A stretch of 64,000 nt of DNA, taken from contig JAQGDQ010002395.1 in the NCBI GenBank assembly GCA_030141605.1, forward strand, positions 1 to 64,000, given 5' to 3'. Position numbers and translations under genes: made by a program. Each line of letters opens with the position of its first letter. The first letter of the stretch is position 1. The stretch is from Tubiluchus corallicola. Its lineage: Eukaryota; Animalia; Priapulida. The notes below the pieces were generated by a model. The model was given only the letters and a program-made list of their open reading frames with translations, had not been told where the DNA came from and ran no database searches. This document shows positions 28,668 to 39,045 of the stretch, piece by piece.

Positions 28668-29915
28668 CTATTTTTCAGATATTCTTATTGCTTTTTTTAG
28701 CTTAATTTGTCTTCCTTTTTTAAATGCTATTATTGAGGCTTCAGGAAATGTTTCATGTGCCTCGGGGAGTAGTTTCATTATTTGTTCAAGTTTTTCCTCG
28801 TTTCCAGTGAGGTAATTGTAGGTAGCCCCAGATTTATATTCTTCTATATTTTCAAAGCCTTCAAAGATGGGGGAGTTTAATGGAACGGCCTCTTTTGTTG
28901 ACATTATTAGTATTTTAAATGACACATTTTTGTTATTTGTGTGCTGTTTACTGTTATTTTTATCCTTTTTGTTAATCAGAGATAGTTGTACATATCTTTT
29001 TGGATTTTCCTGGAAATCAACAATCAGGTGGTTTAGGTTTTTTGATGATATATTAAGGTTTTGGTATAGTTGCTTATCATTAATAAGCATCCCCAGCGTC
29101 CCTTCGGAGTTTTCGACTTTGGATACTGCCTGGTTAAGATTTTCAAGAGAGAGGCTTAAGTTTTTAGAGATATTTGTCAACTTTATTGAAGCGAGAGAGT
29201 CGCTAAAGTCAGAGATATTAGTAAAGGCATTATCTATTTTGTCGGTATTATTTTTTAACGTTTCTACAGTCACGCCCAGGTTTTTTATGGTAGTTGCTAT
29301 ATTGTATTCTTCGACTCCTGCTGTATTAATGTTACTTGTTATTGCTTTGAGGTTTGATGTTGTGGCACTTATGTTAGCAAAGCTGTTGCTTAGATATTCA
29401 CGAGTATCTTCACTGAATATATGAGATATAATGTTGACGGCAGAATCCATTGATGCAAGCATGCGCTCTGCTTTTATTACTACAGGGGCTATCTGTTCAC
29501 TAACCTGTGCTTTAAATCCTGCCATAAATCTAGCATTAATTGTATCTCCATGCTGAAGTAGCTCTTTTGAATTACCAGGTATTAGCTCCATAATTCTGGT
29601 TCCCAGTATGTCTGAGCTCACTATTTCTGCTATTGAGTTTGCGGGTAATGGAAAGTCACTAGTCATAGCTACTTCTACGATTAAATCTCCTGAGTGATCC
29701 TCTGCAAAATATATGTTTTTCGCATAGCCAACTTTAAAGCCATTTAGTATAACGTCAGAGGATGGTTTTAGGCCTCCTATGTTACTGTATCTGGCTATGT
29801 ATATATCTTCAGGATTAAACATATTTCTGCCTTTTAGGTAGTTCATTCCCCAAATAAAAATAGCCAGGGTAATAGCAGTAAGTATTCCAATTTTTGTTGC
29901 TTTTGATATTTTCAT
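28668..29915 (-). CDS. MlaD/MCE family protein with extra C-terminal SPOR-like domain
   Basis: N-terminal TM, GL..SSDVILNGFKVG MCE motif, GTLGMLINDKQLY, NPKRY, then ~100 extra residues. Confidence 0.85.
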   Translation of the reverse strand: MKISKATKIGILTAITLAIFIWGMNYLKGRNMFNPEDIYIARYSNIGGLKPSSDVILNGFKVGYAKNIYFAEDHSGDLIVEVAMTSDFPLPANSIAEIVSSDILGTRIMELIPGNSKELLQHGDTINARFMAGFKAQVSEQIAPVVIKAERMLASMDSAVNIISHIFSEDTREYLSNSFANISATTSNLKAITSNINTAGVEEYNIATTIKNLGVTVETLKNNTDKIDNAFTNISDFSDSLASIKLTNISKNLSLSLENLNQAVSKVENSEGTLGMLINDKQLYQNLNISSKNLNHLIVDFQENPKRYVQLSLINKKDKNNSKQHTNNKNVSFKILIMSTKEAVPLNSPIFEGFENIEEYKSGATYNYLTGNEEKLEQIMKLLPEAHETFPEASIIAFKKGRQIKLKKAIRISEK

Positions 29916-30127
29916 GTGCTGTAGTATTCTTAATGTTTATTTTAATGCAAGAGTGAAAAGTCAAAGAAAATAATCAAGATGATATGTTTTTAAAGCTCAC
30001 TTTTTGTTAATATTCTCTTCAATATCCTCATTTATGCCAGTAAGCTGGGCTCTTCATCGAACTTTTTCTCAAACTGAACAAAAGCCTTTCGCTCTGTGAA
30101 GGCCTCAATATATAAGTTATTTCCAAT

Positions 30128-31219
30128 TTATTGTGTGGTTCTCATGTCGTTTATGTTAGCAGGTTTACCATCTTTAAAGGCGACAAGATATGCATCTTTA
30201 TATTTCTCTTTTGCCTTTTCAAGGCTTAGGGAAGCTTCTTCAAGTGTTTTTGATACTCCATACAGGTATTTGTATTTTTTTCCTGATTTTAAGCAGTATA
30301 TATCGTGCAGCCCTTTAAAGTTTTCAGGTTTTGTTTCAACTTTTGAGTTAGAGACTGCTATCTGCACTGCAAATATGGCACCTTTATTAATATTTACAGA
30401 TTTTTTCTTTAAATGTTTATTTGTTGATGGCTGAGAGGAGATGAAATCACTTTTGGCTTCAATTGCTTTTTTGTAGTCGCGAAAGGCTCTAAATATGGCA
30501 GATGCAATAACTGTTCTTCCTTTGCTAGTTTGCAAGTATTTTAGTTCGTTGTTGTTGCTCATATACCCGACTTCTACCAATACACTTGGCATAGCTATTT
30601 CTCTTAAAACCAGGAATCCGGCTTGTTTTACTCCAAGGTTTTTCCGTTTTGCCCGGCTGGCAAATTGCTCCTGAATGGCAGAGGCAAAAGATAAGCTTTG
30701 ATTAAGAAATTCATCCTGCATGAGCTCGAACATAATGTATGATTCGGAGCTGTTGGGATCGAAGCCTTCATATCGAGTTGTGTGATCTTCCTCCAGGAGT
30801 ATTACTTTATTTTCTCTTTTCGCTACATTAAGGTTATCTTCAGTGCGGTGTAACCCCAATACATAGGTTTCAGTTCCGCTTATTGGGGATGCTCTATGGT
30901 GGTTGGCATGTATTGAGATAAAGAGGTCTGCTTCATTTTTATTTGCTACATAGGCACGATCCTTCAAGCGAACAAACCTGTCATTATCACGTGTGTATAT
31001 AACCTCAACATCCGGTATGTTCTCAGAAATATATTTGCCGAGCTTAAGCGCAATGTCAAGCACAATATCTTTTTCACAAACTTTTCCGGCCACTGCTCCG
31101 GGATCTTTTCCCCCATGCCCGGCATCAATAACTACTTTTCTCAGTTTGTATGTTTCTCCATATGATTTGGAAGGAGAGGAGGCTATTATTATAAGTAACG
31201 ATAGAGCTAAATACCTCAT
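30128..31219 (-). CDS. N-acetylmuramoyl-L-alanine amidase (Amidase_3)
   Basis: VVIDAGHGGKDPGA, FISIHAN, MPSVLVEVG. Confidence 0.95.
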   Translation of the reverse strand: MRYLALSLLIIIASSPSKSYGETYKLRKVVIDAGHGGKDPGAVAGKVCEKDIVLDIALKLGKYISENIPDVEVIYTRDNDRFVRLKDRAYVANKNEADLFISIHANHHRASPISGTETYVLGLHRTEDNLNVAKRENKVILLEEDHTTRYEGFDPNSSESYIMFELMQDEFLNQSLSFASAIQEQFASRAKRKNLGVKQAGFLVLREIAMPSVLVEVGYMSNNNELKYLQTSKGRTVIASAIFRAFRDYKKAIEAKSDFISSQPSTNKHLKKKSVNINKGAIFAVQIAVSNSKVETKPENFKGLHDIYCLKSGKKYKYLYGVSKTLEEASLSLEKAKEKYKDAYLVAFKDGKPANINDMRTTQ

Positions 31220-31355
31220 AAGGCGTTGATAATGTTATTTATTGTTAATTTCATTTTGATTGCCAAGATTAATAATTGCACTATAATTATGACATTACAA
31301 AAATATAAAGATTAAATTATTTTAATGAGTAACGGTCAACTCTGGAATGATTTTT

Positions 31356-31363
31356 TACTTTTG
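31356..31363 (+). promoter_or_regulatory. -7 promoter element upstream of the LptD-like gene
   Basis: TACTTTTG (TAnnTTTG). Confidence 0.5.
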
Positions 31364-31383
31364 CATTACAAGTTAGTACATAG

Positions 31384-34341
31384 ATGCGTTGGCCAGTTAT
31401 TATATTAGCATGTTTCTTTGTGGCTCTATTGATATCTTCGATATGCTCATTTGGGCAGGAGGCTTCAATTGGAGAAAGAGTACCGTTGTCTGCCTACGGA
31501 GGAGAGGAGTTTTTAAAAGATACTACTGCGAAAAAAGTGTCACAACTTCATGTAGAAGAGGAGCTTCTGAGAGATAGTATTAGGGAAAAATCACCCCGAT
31601 CAATCTATTATGACGGAGAGGTTTTTCCTGGAGATACTATAAGGGATGGAGAGCCTCGTTCGGATTATAACGGAGAGGTTTTTCCTGGAGATACTATAAG
31701 GGATAGAGAGCCTCGTTCGGATTATGACGGAGAGGTTTTTTTGGAAGATACCATTGGGGGAAGGTCACTCCGATCTATTTATTATGACGGAGAAAATTCT
31801 TTGAGAGATACTATTTTACACGCTAATACTCCAGCAATTATAGACACTACCACAAACAGGTTGCTTTCTGATACTATACCGCAAAGCAGTGCTACGGTAT
31901 TTGATGAAGAGATTGACTATACTGCAACTGATTCAATAAAGCTTTCTATGGAAAGCAGAAAGGTATATTTGTTTGGTAATGCAGAAATTGAGTATAAAGA
32001 TATAAAGCTTACGGCAGATTACATCGAGCTAGACCTTGATAGTAGCCAGGTTTATGCTGTTGGTGTTGAGGATACTACCGGAACAGTTACAGGTAAGCCT
32101 GTTTTCACCCAGAAAGGAGAAGAGTTTAATGCTGATGCTCTGAGATATGACTTTAAGACCAAAAAGGGTTTAGTTTTTGGAGTTATAACTGAGCAAGAGG
32201 GGGGATATGTGCATAGTGGCCGTACAAAGCTTGTTAATGATTCAACTTATTGTTTGAAGGATGGGAAGTATACAACATGTGATGCTGATCATCCCCATTT
32301 TTACCTTCAAATGACAAAGGCAAAAGTTATTTCGAACAATAAAATTGTGACAGGGCCTTCATATCTTGTTGTTGAAGATTTGCCTATTTATATTGCAATA
32401 ATTCCTTTTGGGTTTTTCCCTAACTCTCCGACGTATTCATCTGGTTTTATTTTGCCGACGTATGGTGAAGAGGCCAACAGGGGTTTTTTCCTTAGAGACT
32501 TTGGGTATTATTGGGCTGCAAGTGATTATTTTGATCTTGTTGTGAGGGGAGATGTCTACTCCAAAGGCTCGAGAGGGGTTAAGATGCACAGTAATTATAA
32601 GCGTAGATATAAGTTTAGTGGTAATTTTGATTTAAAGTATTACAGAAATGTGATCGGGGAGGAGGGGTTGCCAGATTATTCTCGTCAGAGTGATTTTGCC
32701 GTAGCGTGGAGCCACAGTATGGATACTAAAGCCATTCCCAGCCAAACATTTAGTGCCAGTGTGAACTACTCTACAAGTCAGTTTGATCAAAATAATGCAA
32801 ATTCATCTGAAAACTACCTCACTAACACAAAACAGTCGAGTATATCATATTCAAAACGCTGGGAAGGTACCCCATTTAGTATTTCTGGTAGTTTAAGGCA
32901 TTCACAAAATAGCCGTGATACAACCATTAGCCTTACTATGCCACAAATGACATTTACTATGTCAAGACTCTACCCTTTTAAGTCAAATAAGCGAGGTGGT
33001 AAGGAGAAATGGTATGAGAAGATTGGAGTAAACTATACACTTGATTTACAGAATAATATTAATACTAAAGAGTATGAGCTGCTTAGCTCTTCCTTGAGTG
33101 ACTGGGAAAATGGGATAAAGCATACTCTGCCTATTAGTACATCATTTAATGCGTTTAAGTATTTAACTGTGAGTCCTTCTGTTAACTATACGGAGAGGTG
33201 GTATAATAGTGAGATACGAAAGGAGTATGACTACGAAAGGAATCAAATGGTTGTTTCTGACACTATTTATGGTTTTACCAGAAGTAGTGACTACTCTTTT
33301 AGTTTAGGAGCATCGACAAAGCTGTATGGGTTTTATGCTCCATTAAAGGAAAACTCCAAGTTGGTGGCAGTGCGTCATATGATGACCCCCAGAGTGAGTT
33401 TTAGTATTAGGCCTGATTTTAGCGATCCGCGTTTTGGCCTGTATGAGACTGTTGAAGTGTATGATGATTCAGGTACGCCTAAGTATTATACTTATCCATA
33501 TCATGAAGGTGCAGTTTACGGCACTGCTAGTCCTGGGAGGTCAGGTTCAATTGGTTTTGGTTTGGATAACGTGTTGGAGATGAAAACTCTTAATACCAGG
33601 GATACTACCTCAAATGATAAGCATAAAAAGATAAGCCTGTTAGACCAACTTTCATTTAGCGGGTCATATAATCTTTTTGCAGATTCGCTGAACCTGTCTG
33701 TTATTAACATGAAAGGCAGAACGAAGGTGTCAAATGTAAATGTAAATTTTGGAGCGGTATTTGACCCGTATGCATATTTAGATGGTCGTAAAGTTAATGT
33801 TTTTGAGTATTCCAATTCGGGAAAATTGGCCAGAATGACAAGTGCTGATCTCTCTTTTGGAATGTCTTTTAATTCCAAGCAGGGTGGGGGGAAAAAAAAG
33901 GAGAGCAGCTTTGGTGAATCCGAGGATAAAACTGAAGGAGAGGAGGCCTTTGAAGAGAGCTCAAGGAGTGTGTTACCTGGAAAGTATTCTGATTATGCTG
34001 ATTTTAATGTTAACTGGGATTTTCGTTTTGATTGCAGTTTTAGATATAGCAGAACTAATCCCGATGAGGCGGCTACTATTACGCAGACAATTGATTTTGG
34101 AGGTAATCTAAATGTCACGAAAAAGTGGAAGTTTGGGTTTTCTTCAGGATATGATATTCAGAACAAGCAGATAACATTTACACAGATGAATTTGTTTAGG
34201 GATATGCATTGCTGGCAGATGTCTCTTAGCTTGGTGCCGTTTGGTTATCGCCAAAGTTACAGTTTCACAATAAGGGCCAGTTCTTCTATGCTGAAAGATC
34301 TGAAACTTTCTAAGAGACAGAGCTTTTATGATAATAATTAA
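31384..34341 (+). CDS. lptD: Putative LPS assembly protein LptD (Bacteroidota type)
   Basis: YTATDS, YTTCD..HPHF, PTYGEE..RGF, RDMHCWQMS; typical position divergent from the amidase. Confidence 0.85.
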   Translation: MRWPVIILACFFVALLISSICSFGQEASIGERVPLSAYGGEEFLKDTTAKKVSQLHVEEELLRDSIREKSPRSIYYDGEVFPGDTIRDGEPRSDYNGEVFPGDTIRDREPRSDYDGEVFLEDTIGGRSLRSIYYDGENSLRDTILHANTPAIIDTTTNRLLSDTIPQSSATVFDEEIDYTATDSIKLSMESRKVYLFGNAEIEYKDIKLTADYIELDLDSSQVYAVGVEDTTGTVTGKPVFTQKGEEFNADALRYDFKTKKGLVFGVITEQEGGYVHSGRTKLVNDSTYCLKDGKYTTCDADHPHFYLQMTKAKVISNNKIVTGPSYLVVEDLPIYIAIIPFGFFPNSPTYSSGFILPTYGEEANRGFFLRDFGYYWAASDYFDLVVRGDVYSKGSRGVKMHSNYKRRYKFSGNFDLKYYRNVIGEEGLPDYSRQSDFAVAWSHSMDTKAIPSQTFSASVNYSTSQFDQNNANSSENYLTNTKQSSISYSKRWEGTPFSISGSLRHSQNSRDTTISLTMPQMTFTMSRLYPFKSNKRGGKEKWYEKIGVNYTLDLQNNINTKEYELLSSSLSDWENGIKHTLPISTSFNAFKYLTVSPSVNYTERWYNSEIRKEYDYERNQMVVSDTIYGFTRSSDYSFSLGASTKLYGFYAPLKENSKLVAVRHMMTPRVSFSIRPDFSDPRFGLYETVEVYDDSGTPKYYTYPYHEGAVYGTASPGRSGSIGFGLDNVLEMKTLNTRDTTSNDKHKKISLLDQLSFSGSYNLFADSLNLSVINMKGRTKVSNVNVNFGAVFDPYAYLDGRKVNVFEYSNSGKLARMTSADLSFGMSFNSKQGGGKKKESSFGESEDKTEGEEAFEESSRSVLPGKYSDYADFNVNWDFRFDCSFRYSRTNPDEAATITQTIDFGGNLNVTKKWKFGFSSGYDIQNKQITFTQMNLFRDMHCWQMSLSLVPFGYRQSYSFTIRASSSMLKDLKLSKRQSFYDNN
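31495..31815 (+). repeat. Degenerate 54-60-bp coding tandem repeat in the LptD N-terminus
   Basis: YDGEVFPGDTIRDGEPRSD-type units, two nearly identical (from ~31609 and ~31666) plus ~4 degenerate. Confidence 0.85.
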
Positions 34342-34477
34342 AAAGTTGAATGCCATATTGGTCTTTGTCAGAGTTACTTATGCTAATAGAGTGTGATTTG
34401 TTTTTGAATTTTTTAGCATGAGATCTTTTCGGAGGTTTTATGTTTTATGATTTGTTATTGCAAGGGGTCTACTGCTT

Positions 34478-35356
34478 TTAGTAAGGAAATATTTTGTTTG
34501 TGGCCTTTTTGTGCTTAAAAATGGGGTGTCCAAAGATAGCCAGTAGTATGATTGATGTGCCTAAATAAAAGCCTGGTGTCATCTGCTCTGATTCACGAAA
34601 TAGTAGCCAGGCTAAAGTTATACCGTACACTGGTTCTAGGTTTATAGTTAATGATACTATATATGCAGATAGTTTCTGCATTACTTTAACCTGTACAGCA
34701 AAAGCGTATGCAGTACATATAACGCCAAGTATAAGGAGGTATGCCAGGTCATTTGTGGGGGGCAACTGCAGGGGAAAGTCACCGGACAAGAGGAGGAATA
34801 TTGTTATTCCTAGCAGGCCGCCTAACATTTCATAGAAGCTGATAATGGATGGCTGGTGCGTTTTTACAAGTTTTTTGTTTAGTACATTAAATATCACTGC
34901 TAGGAGAGAGGAGGTTAGCGCTGTGATAATGCCCGCTGTGTGGTTTGTTTCGAAGCGGAATATTATGTATAGCCCAATGATAATTACTATTCCAATTATA
35001 ATTTCTAGTGCATCTACTTTTCGTTTGAAGACAATAGGTTCAATTATACTTGTAAAGAGTGCCATTGATGATATACAGCCTAATGTAACTGATATATTGG
35101 ATATTTTGATTGCACCAAAAAAGGTTATCCAGTGAGCGCCTACAATCAAGCCTATCCCCAATACTTTATATGTTTCCTTTTTTGTGAGTGAAAAGTTTAT
35201 TTTACTGATTTTAAAGAAGAGCAAAAATGCTATTGCTGAAATCAACATCCTGTACCATACCAGGTGAGTTGCAGGCAGGTTGATTACCTTTCCCAAAATG
35301 GCTGTAAATCCATATATGAGAACTATGAAGTGTAGTTTTATGTAGCTGTTTATCAA
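34478..35356 (-). CDS. DMT/EamA family transporter
   Basis: GFTAILGK, HWITFFGAIK, NLEPVYGI; ~10 TM segments. Confidence 0.9.
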   Translation of the reverse strand: MINSYIKLHFIVLIYGFTAILGKVINLPATHLVWYRMLISAIAFLLFFKISKINFSLTKKETYKVLGIGLIVGAHWITFFGAIKISNISVTLGCISSMALFTSIIEPIVFKRKVDALEIIIGIVIIIGLYIIFRFETNHTAGIITALTSSLLAVIFNVLNKKLVKTHQPSIISFYEMLGGLLGITIFLLLSGDFPLQLPPTNDLAYLLILGVICTAYAFAVQVKVMQKLSAYIVSLTINLEPVYGITLAWLLFRESEQMTPGFYLGTSIILLAIFGHPIFKHKKATNKIFPY

Positions 35357-35675
35357 ATTTATTATTTGTTAGGATTTAATTTGTGATTACCACTTATAGG
35401 ATGTGAAACTATAACCATAGTACCATAGGTTTGTGGTTGCTTTGTTGTAAAGCAATATCTGTAAAGTTACTCAAAATATACACTTTGAAGTGTATTATTA
35501 TAAATAATATTGACAGAGGTAATTTCTCATGTTTACCGGTTTATATATGGTATAGGTATTGTTTGGAAGAGGGGGGAGTAAATGCAAAGAGAGCGTGAGG
35601 TAAAGCGGCTTTCGTCTTTTATTAAATAGATAAGATTGGGATATTTTGTTTCGTTGTATGGTCGGCTAAAAGTTT

Positions 35676-35683
35676 TAAATTTG
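35676..35683 (+). promoter_or_regulatory. -7 promoter element upstream of cysteate synthase
   Basis: TAAATTTG. Confidence 0.5.
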
Positions 35684-35719
35684 CAGGCAAGCTGATTGTA
35701 AGAGGAAAATGTTGAACTA

Positions 35720-37012
35720 ATGAGCAAATTTCGAAAGACAAAGTATAGATTGAAGTCACTATGTTGTGGTAAGGTATTTGAGGATGAGAATTGGGAGCTG
35801 GACTGCCCTGATTGTGATAAGCCTTCATTGGTAAGGGCTATTTATGATGAGAAGCAACTGGAAGTGAAGAGTCAATATCCCGGCATATACAGGTATTCGG
35901 ACTGGTTGCCTATTTGCGGGGTTTTAGAGGGTTCTGGTTCGCCTATTACGTATAAAAGCTCCGCACTTGCCTCTGAGCTGGGGCTTGAGAATTTATATAT
36001 TACTTTTAGTGGTTACTGGCCTGAAAGAGGGGCAAACATGTTGACAGGTTCCTTTAAGGAGTGTGAGGCTTTTTCTGTATGTGCGCGCACAAATAGGTTT
36101 GATGGAGAGGTCATGGTTGTTGCATCGGCCGGCAATACTGCTAGGGCTTTTGCAAAGGTTTGTTCTGAAAATAAGATTCCACTTCTGCTATGTGTTCCTG
36201 AGGATAATCTGGGTGCTTTGTGGTTTAATAAGCCAATAGATTCGTGCGTTAAGCTTATAGCTGCTGAATCGGGAGGGGATTATTTTGATGCAATTCATCT
36301 TTCTAATATTGCTGTTGAAATGGATAGGTTTTATCCTGAGGGCGGAGCAAAAAATGTAGCTCGTCGTGATGGTATGGGCACCACTGTTCTGTCTGCTGTT
36401 ACTACTATTGGTGCCATTCCTGATTATTATTTTCAGGCTATTGGCAGTGGGACAGGGGCAATAGCAGCGTGGGAAGCAAATATGCGCTTTATAAATGATG
36501 GGCGGTTTGGGTCTAATAAGATGAAGCTGATGGTTTCTCAAAATATTCCGTTTGTTCCTATAAAGGAGGCCTGGGACTTGGGTTTGCGTAATATATTGCC
36601 TATTGATGAAGACCTTGCGCGTGGGCAGATTGAGAAAATAGGAGCAAAGGTGTTGTCAAATCGTAAGCCTCCCTACGGGATAAATGGTGGGCTATATGAT
36701 GCTATGAACGATTCGGGAGGGGAGGTGTTGGTTGCTACAAATGAGGAAGCTAAAGTTGCTGGGGAGCTGTTTAAGCGTGTTGAGGGTAACGATCTGGATC
36801 CTGCTGCAGCTGTTGCAACAGCTACGTTAATCCAATCTGTTGAGGATGGCAGGGTAGAGAAAGATTCTGTGGTAATGCTCAATGTTACAGGCGGTGGTGA
36901 AGGAAAGTTTAAGAAGGAGAATGAGATATGCTATTTACGTCCTCAGAAGGTATTTCCGTTAAACCCTAATCCCAAAATGGTTAGAGAAGGTGTATCGGAG
37001 CTATTTAGGTAG
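35720..37012 (+). CDS. Cysteate synthase (threonine-synthase-like PLP enzyme)
   Basis: N-terminal Cys pairs, GYWPERGA..TGSFKECEA, ASAGNTARAF, EGGAKNVARRDGMGT, LSNRKPPY. Confidence 0.88.
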   Translation: MSKFRKTKYRLKSLCCGKVFEDENWELDCPDCDKPSLVRAIYDEKQLEVKSQYPGIYRYSDWLPICGVLEGSGSPITYKSSALASELGLENLYITFSGYWPERGANMLTGSFKECEAFSVCARTNRFDGEVMVVASAGNTARAFAKVCSENKIPLLLCVPEDNLGALWFNKPIDSCVKLIAAESGGDYFDAIHLSNIAVEMDRFYPEGGAKNVARRDGMGTTVLSAVTTIGAIPDYYFQAIGSGTGAIAAWEANMRFINDGRFGSNKMKLMVSQNIPFVPIKEAWDLGLRNILPIDEDLARGQIEKIGAKVLSNRKPPYGINGGLYDAMNDSGGEVLVATNEEAKVAGELFKRVEGNDLDPAAAVATATLIQSVEDGRVEKDSVVMLNVTGGGEGKFKKENEICYLRPQKVFPLNPNPKMVREGVSELFR

Positions 37013-37077
37013 GCCAGAGCCGGCTGAGTGAGAGGCCTGGTTATATCTGCCAGTGCCGAAATACAATTTTTAAATAT

Positions 37078-38262
37078 ATGAGCGGGGCTTTAGATATATA
37101 TTATAAAACGGTAGAGACAGGTGAGAGAGGTAGTCTTTTGACTGCCATGAGGCATGCAGCAAGTGAGTTGAAGGGGCACCTGGCTTCACAGAGGAGCTCC
37201 ACTATTATAATGCGTATTACGCTTTTTGTAAGAGTTGAAGATACAGAAGAGCTTGAGCGCAGCTATGGTGAGTGGGAGGCGATTGCAGGGGCTGTGCTTG
37301 GAGGTGAAATACCTCCATATTCAATAGTTTCTCAGTTCCCAAGGGGAGGTGGTTCTTTAGCGTGCGAAGCGGTTTTTTTATCAAATTTTGATGGGGAGTA
37401 CTCTTGCACATATAAGAAGATAGGAGGAGTTTACTGCTTGGTGTTGTCATCTTCGACAAGAGATGAGATAGTAGCTTCCGGCATTAAAGCTTGTTCTCGC
37501 AAAAGTTTTGCTGGACAGGTGGAGGAGGTGTTTGCTAAAGTGAGAGAGGTATTATATGCTAATAGGATGGAGTTTTCCAATATTATCAGGCAGTGGTCTT
37601 ATATTGGAAATATTACAGGGCAGAGCGAGAGTCTGCAAAATTACCAAGTTTTTAATAATATCAGGGCAAAGCACTATGACAGCAGCGTGGGATGGCGGGG
37701 ATTCCCCGCTGCTACCGGAATAGGAATGCAAACTGGCGGAATAGTAATTGATTTTATTGCTGCCAGGTTTTTTGGAGAGAGTGCTCGAAGATATCCGTTG
37801 CGTAATCCTCTTCAGATTGATGCGTATAAGTATTCTGAGGGGGTACTTGTTGGAGCAGATAGCGTTCTTGTTGAGGGAGAAGCTCAAACTCCAAGATTTG
37901 AAAGAGCTGTGGTTGTGTGTAATGATAAGCAGAGCAGGGTTATTATTTCAGGTACGGCTGCTATTGCTGGAGAGAAGACAATACTGTCGGGTAACATAAG
38001 TGGCCAGACTTATGCGGCACTTAATAATATTGATGAGTTGGTTACCAGGGCTAGTTTAGATGGTTGTGCGACTGCTTATCCAGGTTGTTACAATATTGTA
38101 GGGCTGCGAGTGTACGTAAAGTATGAGAGGGATGTTGAGCAGGTAACAGATATTATTGAAGACAAGTATTCCGGTGTCCCATTTTTGGTGGTAGTGGCAG
38201 ATGTTTGCCGCGACGACTTGCTTGTAGAGATAGAGGGAGAGTATATTTGTAATAGTTGTTGA
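37078..38262 (+). CDS. Rid/YjgF-superfamily protein, FkbO/Hyg5 chorismatase-like
   Basis: RQWSYI, YQVFNNIR, PAATGIG, NPLQIDAYKYS, PRFERA, ISGTAAI, ADVCRDDLLVEIEG. Confidence 0.7.
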   Translation: MSGALDIYYKTVETGERGSLLTAMRHAASELKGHLASQRSSTIIMRITLFVRVEDTEELERSYGEWEAIAGAVLGGEIPPYSIVSQFPRGGGSLACEAVFLSNFDGEYSCTYKKIGGVYCLVLSSSTRDEIVASGIKACSRKSFAGQVEEVFAKVREVLYANRMEFSNIIRQWSYIGNITGQSESLQNYQVFNNIRAKHYDSSVGWRGFPAATGIGMQTGGIVIDFIAARFFGESARRYPLRNPLQIDAYKYSEGVLVGADSVLVEGEAQTPRFERAVVVCNDKQSRVIISGTAAIAGEKTILSGNISGQTYAALNNIDELVTRASLDGCATAYPGCYNIVGLRVYVKYERDVEQVTDIIEDKYSGVPFLVVVADVCRDDLLVEIEGEYICNSC

Positions 38263-38407
38263 TAATAATTTAAAATTTCAAGCATACCTTTTATGTTTGA
38301 AGAGGCAAAGAGGTATATTTACAAAAGTTTAGGTGCAGTTTTAGGTTATTTTGGGGTTGATGTGTGGTATGTGAACCCTGATTGTTTGTTTTATAAATGG
38401 TAAAAAG

Positions 38408-38881
38408 GTGAAAAAGTTTATAGGTTTGACTATTGTTGCAGTGGCTTTGCTGGTAGCGGGCTACTCCTGTTGCAGCTCAAAGTGTGGATCACGACGTGGT
38501 AAAGGAGAGGCTGAAGAGGTTGAGGAGAAAAAGGTTGAGAGTGTTGTGAGGCTTAATGATATATGGGTACTTCTTAAGCTGGAGGGGGAGGATGCAGGAG
38601 AGCATTTTTCGGGGGAGCTACCACGGCTTGAGTTTAGTATTGCAGATAAACGGATTATGGGTTTTGGAGGGTGCAATAATTATTTTGGGAGTTTTGAAGT
38701 AAGCGGCGATTCTTTAAAAATTGGGCCGATTGGTTCTACGCGGATGGCTTGCGATAAGATGAATAGTGAGCGTAAGTATTTTCAACTTCTTGAAAAGTCA
38801 GATAGGTATGAGTTTGAAGAGTTGAGGCTTACTTTATTGTCGGAAAGCAGGCCTGTATTGCTTTTTAGGAAGGTAGATTAA
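38408..38881 (+). CDS. META domain (HslJ-like) lipoprotein
   Basis: GFGGCNNYFG, GSTRMAC; lipobox-like N-terminus. Confidence 0.88.
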   Translation: MKKFIGLTIVAVALLVAGYSCCSSKCGSRRGKGEAEEVEEKKVESVVRLNDIWVLLKLEGEDAGEHFSGELPRLEFSIADKRIMGFGGCNNYFGSFEVSGDSLKIGPIGSTRMACDKMNSERKYFQLLEKSDRYEFEELRLTLLSESRPVLLFRKVD

Positions 38882-39002
38882 GTCTGCTCCGGGGATATAG
38901 CATTTTAGTTTGTATGCCTGCTTACTTCCTTCTTTCCTCTACGATAAGTGGGGAGGTGGTGTGAGACGCAGCAGACTACTAATTTTTAATGATATCCTTT
39001 AT

Positions 39003-39010
39003 TACATTTG
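39003..39010 (+). promoter_or_regulatory. -7 promoter element of aspS
   Basis: TACATTTG. Confidence 0.55.
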
Positions 39011-39045
39011 TGCTAATTTAATTAATATAAGAAAACAGGACAGAG

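Noticed and set aside
38881-38977. Possible structured RNA upstream of aspS (AGTCTGCT...AGCAGACT)
   Set aside because: Lies upstream of the predicted -7 box; no recognisable riboswitch or T-box motif
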